Shown here: piece by piece, positions 27,835 through 35,384 of the stretch
Layout of the letters: each line of letters begins with the position of its first letter
How positions within the stretch are numbered: the stretch's first letter is position 1
DNA from: Anaerolineaceae bacterium
GTDB taxonomy: Bacteria > Chloroflexota > Anaerolineae > Anaerolineales > Anaerolineaceae
Assembly (NCBI GenBank): GCA_034430215.1
Contig: DAOUFE010000013.1
Coordinates: forward strand, 5,702-69,701
Length of the DNA: 64,000 bases
Reading direction: 5' to 3'
Translations under genes and position numbers: made by a program
The notes under the pieces: model-generated
The model's input: only the letters and a program-made list of their open reading frames with translations
Told to the model about the DNA's origin: nothing
Database searches by the model: none

Positions 27835-28113
27835 TTCTTTGAAGAAGCAGATGACACAATGCTCAGGAAAGTCACGCGGTTTAATAATTTTGGATGGCTC
27901 GATCCGCGCTTCGGGGGTGGGGTCAAATTCAAGAATGGGGTAGGAAGGTGATGGTATAGGAATGGTTTCCTTTATAAGATTTCATCATGAATATCTAATT
28001 GTACAGGAATATATGGGGGAGACGGAATCGCGTTTTGATCCTGCAATTGTGTTGAATTAATGGTTTAGCTTATCATAAGGGGTAAAGAGGGAATTGATTC
28101 TTAAATAATTACT

Positions 28114-28197
28114 GTCATTCTGAGCGCAGCGAAGAATCTCGCTTTGATTTCTTTTTCGGGGCAAGATTCTTCGGTCGCTTCGCTTCCTCAGAATGAT
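28114..28197. repeat. family B hairpin repeat, gene-free copy
   Basis: Left arm gtcattctgagcgcagcgaagaatctcgc and right arm gcaagattcttcggtcgcttcgcttcctcagaatgat form an imperfect inverted repeat with a spacer of about 20 nt. Confidence 0.85.
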
Positions 28198-28252
28198 AAA
28201 TCCTGTAAGCCTACCAGCATTGCAACGAATATTCTTATCCCAATCGTTAAAC

Positions 28253-29029
28253 CTACCTCTTCACTACTCTGAGCACATTCGGCAGCGGTGAATCTGTCAC
28301 CCAGGAGCGCACCATCTGTGCGAACACCTCGGGGAACTGCAGCGCCCAGGCGTGCCCGCCCCCGGGCATGGAAACCCCATGTGCAGCGGTATATTTCTTC
28401 AACGGCTGCAGGGCGATCTCCCCATATAGTTTAGCAGCCCCGGGTTCTTTTTCCCCCACACATACCAGCAGCGGGCTGGTAACCTTTTCTGGAGCTGTAA
28501 AACCGGTCAATTCGGTATAAATCGGTTTGAGGAATTCCATCTGGTTGCTGGCAAGAATATCGTCGTGCAGAAGATCGTAATATTTATCCGGGATGAGGTG
28601 CTGCTTTAACGTGCTCCGTACGATGGTCTCTGGTTTCATCCATTTCAGGATCCCGAACATCGGCAGGCTCATTTGCACCAGCCATTTTGGCAGCCGAGAA
28701 GAACAGCCTGACAGGATCACATGGTCAGCCACATCCGGGTCGAGCCGCAAGAGCGTCAACGCCACTGCTCCACCCAGCGAAAGAGAAACGATATGGGCTT
28801 TCCCATGCGATGTTTTTTCCCGGATGATCTCTGCCACTGCCTGCGCCGACCCTTCGAGGGTGAAGGGAACATCCTGGCTCTTTCCATGCCCCGGCAAGTC
28901 GGGTGCCAGGCAGTAAAAATCGGGTAACTGCTCGATCACTGGCAACCATGAGGAATGGCTCAATCCACCACCATGAAGAAACACGATAGCGGGAGTAGAA
29001 GGATTGCCTTGTTCGTAGGTGTAGATCAT
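28253..29029 (-). CDS. alpha/beta hydrolase
   Basis: VFLHGGGLSHSSW oxyanion region and nucleophile elbow VSLSLGG. Length is 258 aa. Confidence 0.8.
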   Translation of the reverse strand: MIYTYEQGNPSTPAIVFLHGGGLSHSSWLPVIEQLPDFYCLAPDLPGHGKSQDVPFTLEGSAQAVAEIIREKTSHGKAHIVSLSLGGAVALTLLRLDPDVADHVILSGCSSRLPKWLVQMSLPMFGILKWMKPETIVRSTLKQHLIPDKYYDLLHDDILASNQMEFLKPIYTELTGFTAPEKVTSPLLVCVGEKEPGAAKLYGEIALQPLKKYTAAHGVSMPGGGHAWALQFPEVFAQMVRSWVTDSPLPNVLRVVKR

Positions 29030-29058
29030 TGTTTCCTCTTTCTATGACCTGCCAGGGG

Positions 29059-29697
29059 TTATTTTCCCGTTGCAACAAGAACAGTTTCCGGATGATGAAA
29101 ATATTCCTGCGCAATCTCGTAATACCTGCCGGCGTGCAACCCATCCATGAGAGCATGGTGACCCTGCACACCCAGGGGCATCTTGATCCGTTCCCCTTCT
29201 TCAAAATACTTTCCCCAGGCGATGCGCGGCACCGAATCCGAAGGGTCCATTCGCATGGGATGCATGAAGCCTGTAAAAGATACCCACGGCACAACGGTCA
29301 TGAAGAGCAGATCATCCCGATCCTTATCTTCTTCTGAAAGTCGGGGGCGCTGTTGCACATCAGCAATCTTGATGGCAGATTCACGTGCAAAGGTTGCGAA
29401 ATCATTGACATACTGCAAAGAACAAAAGCTGAATACGCCATCATTTCCCATGATGGTCGAGGAAGGGTGCACAATATCATGTTCGACCACTACATCACCA
29501 CGAATGCGGTAGCGGAATTCGGGGATTCGGTTGGCTGTACGGGCAAGCAAGTAAACAACAGCGATGTGAAAAGAAATGCCTGTCTTTTTCACATATTCGC
29601 GGAATGCAGTTATCTCGACATTAGCGCACAGGCTGAATTGCGGGTATTCATACTTTCTGAATAATTCAAAATGCTCGCGCCTGGGCCAGGTTTGCAT
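29059..29697 (-). CDS. chloramphenicol acetyltransferase (CAT) family protein
   Basis: WPRREHFELF, VVPWVSFTGF and MPLGVQGHHALMDGLH (catalytic His context) parallel classical CAT proteins. Length is 212 aa. Confidence 0.8.
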   Translation of the reverse strand: MQTWPRREHFELFRKYEYPQFSLCANVEITAFREYVKKTGISFHIAVVYLLARTANRIPEFRYRIRGDVVVEHDIVHPSSTIMGNDGVFSFCSLQYVNDFATFARESAIKIADVQQRPRLSEEDKDRDDLLFMTVVPWVSFTGFMHPMRMDPSDSVPRIAWGKYFEEGERIKMPLGVQGHHALMDGLHAGRYYEIAQEYFHHPETVLVATGK

Positions 29698-30034
29698 ATC
29701 AATGGTGTGGATGGTTCACCTCCAGAAGATCTCAGTTCCAGACATAATTGTACAGCATCACAAGCCAGAGAGGCGGCTAAAAAATTATTATTATTCTAAA
29801 TATAGTGAATTATCTTATAAAAATGTCAATGAAATAGATATTTAAATATCTCAATAGCTTTGCATTTGGTACATTGTCAATAATTGCGTTCCTTCAGATT
29901 GGTGATAGACGACAAACGCCCTCGAAAATGCCATCGAGTAATTCTAATTTATATTCACATCTACTTCTATTGCATCGGGTTAGGTTGTGGATTGATCCGT
30001 TAAAGATTCTGAAAGACACTGCGTTTGGCGCATC

Positions 30035-30087
30035 GTCATTCTGAGCGTAGCGAAGAATCTCGCCTTGTCTCTTGTACACAAGATTCT
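30035..30087. repeat. family B repeat, left arm plus start of a degenerate right arm
   Basis: gtcattctgagcgtagcgaagaatctcgcc differs at about 2 positions from the 28114 copy. It is followed by caagattct and then diverges. Confidence 0.8.
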
Positions 30088-30291
30088 AACCAGTACTGCT
30101 TCAGGTGTTGCGTCGAGTGCTGCACATCGTCAATGACAGTATATGCAACTGTTTCTGCAACAGTGGCATAACATATTACACCAAACGCGTAAAAACGTGA
30201 TTCCACGTATCGATTTACTCCAATTAATTATTAACCCTTGCATTGACTATTCATCTATAATTATTTCGTCACTAAGCCAAGGAAGTTCTCG

Positions 30292-30582
30292 ATGAAGAAA
30301 TATTACACCTACATTATGGCGAGCCCTTCGAAAACCCTGTATGTTGGTGTAACAAGTGATATTTTTCGAAGAGTTTTACAGCATAAAGAGAAGCAAATCC
30401 AAGGATTTACACAAAAGTATAACATTACAAGGTTAGTTTACTTTGAAGTAACTACTTCAATCAATGAAGCGATCATACGAGAAAAAGAAATCAAGGGTTG
30501 GTTGAGAAAAAAGAAAATTGCCTTGATTGAAAGTATCAATCGTGATTGGGTGGATTTAAGTAATGATTGGTATGATAAGTAA
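30292..30582 (+). CDS. GIY-YIG nuclease family protein (small, UPF0213-like)
   Basis: YYTYIMASPSKTLYVGVTSDIFRRVLQHK ... REKEIKGW carries the GIY/YIG, Arg and Glu positions. AAGGAAG RBS lies 7 nt upstream. Confidence 0.85.
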   Translation: MKKYYTYIMASPSKTLYVGVTSDIFRRVLQHKEKQIQGFTQKYNITRLVYFEVTTSINEAIIREKEIKGWLRKKKIALIESINRDWVDLSNDWYDK

Positions 30583-30632
30583 ATTTCACAAGAGAAAATA
30601 GTCGATTTAATTTTATGGGTACAAACCTCAAT

Positions 30633-30671
30633 GCAAGATTCTTCAGTCGCTGCGCTCCTTCAGAATGACAA
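30633..30671. repeat. family B repeat, right arm
   Basis: gcaagattcttcagtcgctgcgctccttcagaatgacaa is about 85 percent identical by eye to the right arm at 28160-28197. Confidence 0.8.
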
Positions 30672-30867
30672 TCCTATGAGCATAGAATCTGCAGGCATTT
30701 TAGAAAACACTAAATTCGGCTCCAACCTAATGCTATTATTCAAGACAAGTTCATTCGGAGGTCTCTGAACTCCGAAATGACACCTTTTCTATTATTCTTA
30801 ACAGATCGAAACAAATGCTCTCCATCACATCGATTATCCAAATCCCAACGCGCTATAATGATATTGT

Positions 30868-31929
30868 ATGAACATGCAAACAGTTGCTGAAATGCTGGAT
30901 AAATTCACCGCTCCAGGTGAACTTTGTCGTCCATTAGAGGATGGTAAAGTGCAATGCCATGCCTGCGCTCATCGCTGCGTCATCAAACCCGGCGGGCGCG
31001 GCATTTGCCAGGTACGCAGCAATCAAGGGGGTGAACTGCGTGTGCCGTGGGGGTATGTGTCTGGTCTTTATCCCGACCCGGTGGAGAAGAAACCATTCAA
31101 TCACTTGCTGCCGGGTAGTCTTGCGCTCACATTCGGCATGCTGGGGTGTAATTTTCACTGTGATTTCTGCCAAAACTGGGTTACCAGCCAGACACTGCGC
31201 GATCCGGCTGCCAGCTACGGCGCAGAATACATTCAGCGAATTTCGCCAGAACAGGTGGTACAGGTTGCAAAACGGGATGGCTGCGGTCTGGTTGTGTCTT
31301 CATACAACGAGCCTTTGATCACCAGTGAATGGGCAGTTGCGATCTTCAAGCAGGCAAAAGCTGCCGGGTTGCGTTGCGCGTATGTTTCTAACGGACACGC
31401 CACCCCAGAGGTACTGGAATTTCTTGCTCCTTACCTCACTGCGTACAAAATTGATTTAAAGACGATGCAAGCAAGTCAGTACCGGCAGTGCGGTGGCAAG
31501 CTGGAATCGGTTTTGGAGACCATTCAGATGGCGCATAAGATCGGGCTGTGGGTAGAAGTAGTCACCCTGGTGATCCCTGGTTTCAATGACAGCACACAGG
31601 AGCTTTGGGACACATCCCGTTTCATCACATCGGTATCGCGCGACATCCCCTGGCATGTTACCGCTTATCATCCTGACTATAAACACGATGCACCTCCTAC
31701 CAGCGCAAAGAAGCTGCAGGAAGCTGCTGAAATTGGGCAGGAAGCCGGATTGAAATTTGTTTATGCGGGTAATCTGCCTGGGAGAGTGGGATCGCTGGAG
31801 GATACCCACTGCCCCAACTGTTTGAAAGTGCTGGTCAAGCGTCGGGGTTATTATGTCATTGAAAATCATCTCAAAGATGAAAATACCTGTCCATACTGTG
31901 GCACCGTGATCGCCGGAGTTTGGCAATAA
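30868..31929 (+). CDS. AmmeMemoRadiSam-system-type radical SAM enzyme
   Basis: CNFHCDFCQNW (CX3CX2C) cluster, an N-terminal Cys-rich region (CHACAHRC ... GRGICQVR), and YPDPVEKKPFNH typical of this subfamily. Confidence 0.75.
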   Translation: MNMQTVAEMLDKFTAPGELCRPLEDGKVQCHACAHRCVIKPGGRGICQVRSNQGGELRVPWGYVSGLYPDPVEKKPFNHLLPGSLALTFGMLGCNFHCDFCQNWVTSQTLRDPAASYGAEYIQRISPEQVVQVAKRDGCGLVVSSYNEPLITSEWAVAIFKQAKAAGLRCAYVSNGHATPEVLEFLAPYLTAYKIDLKTMQASQYRQCGGKLESVLETIQMAHKIGLWVEVVTLVIPGFNDSTQELWDTSRFITSVSRDIPWHVTAYHPDYKHDAPPTSAKKLQEAAEIGQEAGLKFVYAGNLPGRVGSLEDTHCPNCLKVLVKRRGYYVIENHLKDENTCPYCGTVIAGVWQ

Positions 31930-31960
31930 GCGAAAAGAATGTTTCATGCGAGGTGAACTA

Positions 31961-32392
31961 ATGGAAAAGAAAAATGGTTTCACAAAAATACTTGCAATCA
32001 CAGGTACCGTATTGGTCTGGTTTCCAATCGTTGCAGCCATGATCCTTTCTATCGCTCACCTTATCAGGTCTGGTCAATTTCTTTTCGATTTTTTAATCCC
32101 AGCAGAAATCTTTTTTGTGATCCTGATCGGGGGAGCGCTGCTCATCTGGGCAGCAATACAGGCAAAAGCTTACCGGGCATGGATCATCTGGAGCCTGGTA
32201 GCAATGGTTGCGTGCCTGGTTGGCAGTCAGGGACTGGCAGTTGTTAGCGGGTTGGCATCAGGTGAGCGAGAAGCTGAAGGATTCTGGTGGATACTGGTAT
32301 TAAGTTTGATGGGTTTATTTGATCTCATCGTTTTATGGTTGGGAGTGTGCGGGATAAGATTTACCTGCCATTTATTTAAAAAGAGCGAATAA
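31961..32392 (+). CDS. small integral membrane protein (4 TM)
   Basis: Hydrophobic 143-aa ORF. The ATG at 31961 follows GAGGTG. The track start is 31946. Confidence 0.5.
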   Translation: MEKKNGFTKILAITGTVLVWFPIVAAMILSIAHLIRSGQFLFDFLIPAEIFFVILIGGALLIWAAIQAKAYRAWIIWSLVAMVACLVGSQGLAVVSGLASGEREAEGFWWILVLSLMGLFDLIVLWLGVCGIRFTCHLFKKSE

Positions 32393-32547
32393 GAATTTCT
32401 GCCAAAAATTATTCTTTTTCTACTGTTTTTATACTATGCTGAAAAGCGCGGGTAAAATCAACATCCTATCTTTTTCTTAAAGTAAGTGTAATTTACAGAT
32501 TAATGCTATACTTTTGACTACACAATAGCATATTTTAAGGGGGGATA

Positions 32548-33585
32548 ATGAAAGACCTTTACAGCATCCTTGACCTAGAGCCAACTGCAACAAACGAAGA
32601 AATAAAATATAATTATCATTTCTTACTGCACGCCTGGCATCCAGACAAATTTCCCGATGTATCGCAAAAATTAAAAGCTGAAGAAAAAATTCGAGATATT
32701 AATTATGCCTATGAAATTCTGATAAACCCAGAGTCAAGGCAAACTTACGATGTAGAAGCTGGTTATAAAAGTAGTAATAGCGTGCCTCCAAAGAAGTATA
32801 TTTTTACTGATGAATTTAAAGAAGAAATTCAATACTGTGATAGTTGCGGCTGCCGTGCAAAAACAAGGAAAGTAAAGTTTTATCAGAATATCGGTATGCT
32901 TATCGTTCGTCAGCATAAATCAGTAGAAGGAAATCTATGTAAAAATTGTATCAATTATTACTTTTGGGAATTCACAGGGATAACATTACTTTTCGGATGG
33001 TGGGGGGTAAAATCTTTTATAGTCACACCTTTTATAGTTATTTCAAATATATTTCACTTCATTTCCTCTATTGGGCTAAAAAAGCCTGATCAAATTTCAG
33101 AACGCAAACCTTCACCTTTTTGGATAATATCAACAATTGGTGTAATTGCAGCACTTATCATCTATGCTTATGTAATAATAGACCCATTTTCAGCATCTCC
33201 ATCCTATGTTGATACACCTACAAGTGAACCACAAACATCAATTGCAATTGTGCCCACAAAAACCAAATCTCCAACAAGGATACCAACTTCAACGAGACAA
33301 ACGCCCAGATGTTATGAATGGTCAGAAATCACAAAGAACATGATAGGGAAAAATGTATGTGTATATGGGAAAATCTATGATACACGGTTTGTAGGTACCA
33401 ATACATTTCAGGTTCTCTTCTCTAAAAATTCTTACGACTTTTTTATGGCAGCAGGTACCTATTACTATGAGGTAAATAGTGGAGATTGTGTTTATGCTGA
33501 AGGCGAAATTCTAAAATCAAGCGCTGGTGTGCCCTATATGGATATTGACGATGTGTTGTATGAATGCGAATCTTGGATGAATTAA
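32548..33585 (+). CDS. J-domain (DnaJ-like) membrane protein
   Basis: N-terminal J domain with an HPD motif (DLYSILDLEPTATNEEI ... LLHAWHPDKF), CxxC...CxxC, about 3 TM helices and a Thr/Pro/Ser linker. GGGGATAATG RBS context. Confidence 0.8.
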   Translation: MKDLYSILDLEPTATNEEIKYNYHFLLHAWHPDKFPDVSQKLKAEEKIRDINYAYEILINPESRQTYDVEAGYKSSNSVPPKKYIFTDEFKEEIQYCDSCGCRAKTRKVKFYQNIGMLIVRQHKSVEGNLCKNCINYYFWEFTGITLLFGWWGVKSFIVTPFIVISNIFHFISSIGLKKPDQISERKPSPFWIISTIGVIAALIIYAYVIIDPFSASPSYVDTPTSEPQTSIAIVPTKTKSPTRIPTSTRQTPRCYEWSEITKNMIGKNVCVYGKIYDTRFVGTNTFQVLFSKNSYDFFMAAGTYYYEVNSGDCVYAEGEILKSSAGVPYMDIDDVLYECESWMN

Positions 33586-33593
33586 TAAACCTT

Positions 33594-35303
33594 TTACGGG
33601 CTGGTAACTGATGGCTGTACCCAGGGGGTGGCGGTAGGCTCTGGCACCGGGAAGACCGTGATATCTTCCACGTAATCTGAAGCACCCGGGCATTCCTCTT
33701 CAAGTGAAATCTTCACGTGCTGCCAATCGAGAGGGTCATCGTCATCGTATGTTTCTTCCAGCGCGCCCGCCAGGCAGCCCGCTCCGGCATTGTAATTCAC
33801 CAGGGTGAACCGCCACAGGTCTTCATACCCAGCCAAAGTACGGGTATCTTCATGAGTGATGTTATAGATAAGCTGGTTCACCTGCTGGCAATTGGCAACC
33901 AGGGTGTTAGCAAAAACTTCTACGCTGAAGTTTGCCCGCGATAGATCGATCCCCATGGCACAGGTTGCGCATGACGCGTCGACCGTTTGTACCAATGCAC
34001 CACGCAGTAGATTTTGCGATTCTTCGCTCAGCTGTGCAAACCCCTCATCGCAGGTATCCTGGCTGAGAACCAAAGGGCAAAACTGAGTGTAGAAACCTTC
34101 GTTCCATAACAGCACTGTATCCGCGCCATATTCCGACATTTGCCCCAATCCAGCTTCCATATAAGTGGTAAAGATCCCCGGCCAGAACTGGCTTTCGCGG
34201 CTGAAAAGGTTTTTTAATAATTGAGCAGGAACACCTGTCTTATTTGAGACAGCAAGAATATCGTTGTTAAAGTCATTTTGCCATTCATCCAGTTTAGTGC
34301 GACTTGCCTGCACACCACATTCTGACGCCACCCCAGATCTGGTCAATCCCCCATCCGGGCATTTGGATACATCCACCATGCCCTGATTAATTAACCGTGC
34401 TGCAAGGTAATAATAAGAAACGCTGGATTGAAGATCAGCACTGTTGTATGGCGTCTGAAGCCAGGTTGGCAGCCCCGTGGCATCCGGAAACACCTGCCAT
34501 ATATCCGAGCAGCTTGCAGGTCTTTCGCCTACCCATTGACTGCTAAGCACATCTGCCAACCAAAGTTGATCATCCGTGCCATCTCCTTCGGGATCACTGA
34601 AATCACCCTGGGGTAATGCCCTCACCAGAGCGGTATATGTCTCGCTTGAATCCCCAAAAGAGGAATCCGCCCAAAACTCCACATCGATTCCCTGTTCCCC
34701 TGTGGGTTGCAATGGTAATTCGCAGACGCTGCCTGCACAGGAGAAAGGTTCGCCGTTCAGATAGCCATTGATAGTAATGATAGTTTCATTGGGCAGGGGC
34801 TCATTCCCTTCCAACACCAGGTAAGGTTGGCTGCTGCAGGTGTAAGTAGGTGGTGTGTATTCGCAACCTTTTAGCGACAGCCAGACATTTGGTAGAGGTA
34901 ATTCGACATCTACTTCTTTTGAACCGGTGCTTTCTCCAGTATAAATCAGGTAAACACCACTGCATTGTGAAACATCACCCCCGTTTTTCGCCTGTTCACA
35001 AGGAGGAGTATCGTACCAGTCTTCATATCGTTCTGCGCCACAGGCATCGAATATTTCACTACCTTTGGGCAGCCCTTCGTGCTCGATTTTAATATTACAG
35101 ACATATCGATTATTTTCCCAACGCACCATCCACCACTCATACAGGTGCGTTTCTACCGTAAAATGGGATATCCGTTTATGAATAGCGGGAGTTGGAGTGG
35201 GTGCATTATATAGATGAGATGCCTGAATACTGCGCGGAGAAAATACCCCCAGAGCAAGAAACGTAACCAGAATTGCCATCAGGGCAAAATTCCGCTTCTT
35301 CAA
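33594..35303 (-). CDS. secreted Cys-rich protein with lytic transglycosylase (SLT)-like domain
   Basis: Signal peptide; LLKNLFSRESQFWPG (catalytic ES context) and LVNYNAGAG resemble SLT domains. Confidence 0.5.
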   Translation of the reverse strand: MKKRNFALMAILVTFLALGVFSPRSIQASHLYNAPTPTPAIHKRISHFTVETHLYEWWMVRWENNRYVCNIKIEHEGLPKGSEIFDACGAERYEDWYDTPPCEQAKNGGDVSQCSGVYLIYTGESTGSKEVDVELPLPNVWLSLKGCEYTPPTYTCSSQPYLVLEGNEPLPNETIITINGYLNGEPFSCAGSVCELPLQPTGEQGIDVEFWADSSFGDSSETYTALVRALPQGDFSDPEGDGTDDQLWLADVLSSQWVGERPASCSDIWQVFPDATGLPTWLQTPYNSADLQSSVSYYYLAARLINQGMVDVSKCPDGGLTRSGVASECGVQASRTKLDEWQNDFNNDILAVSNKTGVPAQLLKNLFSRESQFWPGIFTTYMEAGLGQMSEYGADTVLLWNEGFYTQFCPLVLSQDTCDEGFAQLSEESQNLLRGALVQTVDASCATCAMGIDLSRANFSVEVFANTLVANCQQVNQLIYNITHEDTRTLAGYEDLWRFTLVNYNAGAGCLAGALEETYDDDDPLDWQHVKISLEEECPGASDYVEDITVFPVPEPTATPWVQPSVTSP

Positions 35304-35384
35304 TAATCATTCCCCAGAAATCAGTAGATGTCATATTAGTGTAGCAAAAACCCCGATGAGTCACAAGAGGAATTACCCCGTCTA

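Larger units (their letters stand above)
30035..30671 (+). mobile_element. putative GIY-YIG cassette bounded by family B inverted-repeat arms
   Basis: The left arm at 30035-30064 and right arm at 30633-30671 bracket the GIY-YIG ORF and its own TATAAT (30256-30261) and RBS. Confidence 0.35.

Noticed and set aside
28725-29294. 189-aa ORF spanning the junction of the alpha/beta hydrolase and CAT genes.
   Set aside because: It is out of frame with two well-supported genes on the same strand. Its composition is Arg/Trp/Cys-rich and it has no recognisable motif.
29894-30079. 61-aa ORF containing EILRYAQNDD.
   Set aside because: It is a read-through of the family B repeat arm. It has no RBS and a non-protein-like remainder.
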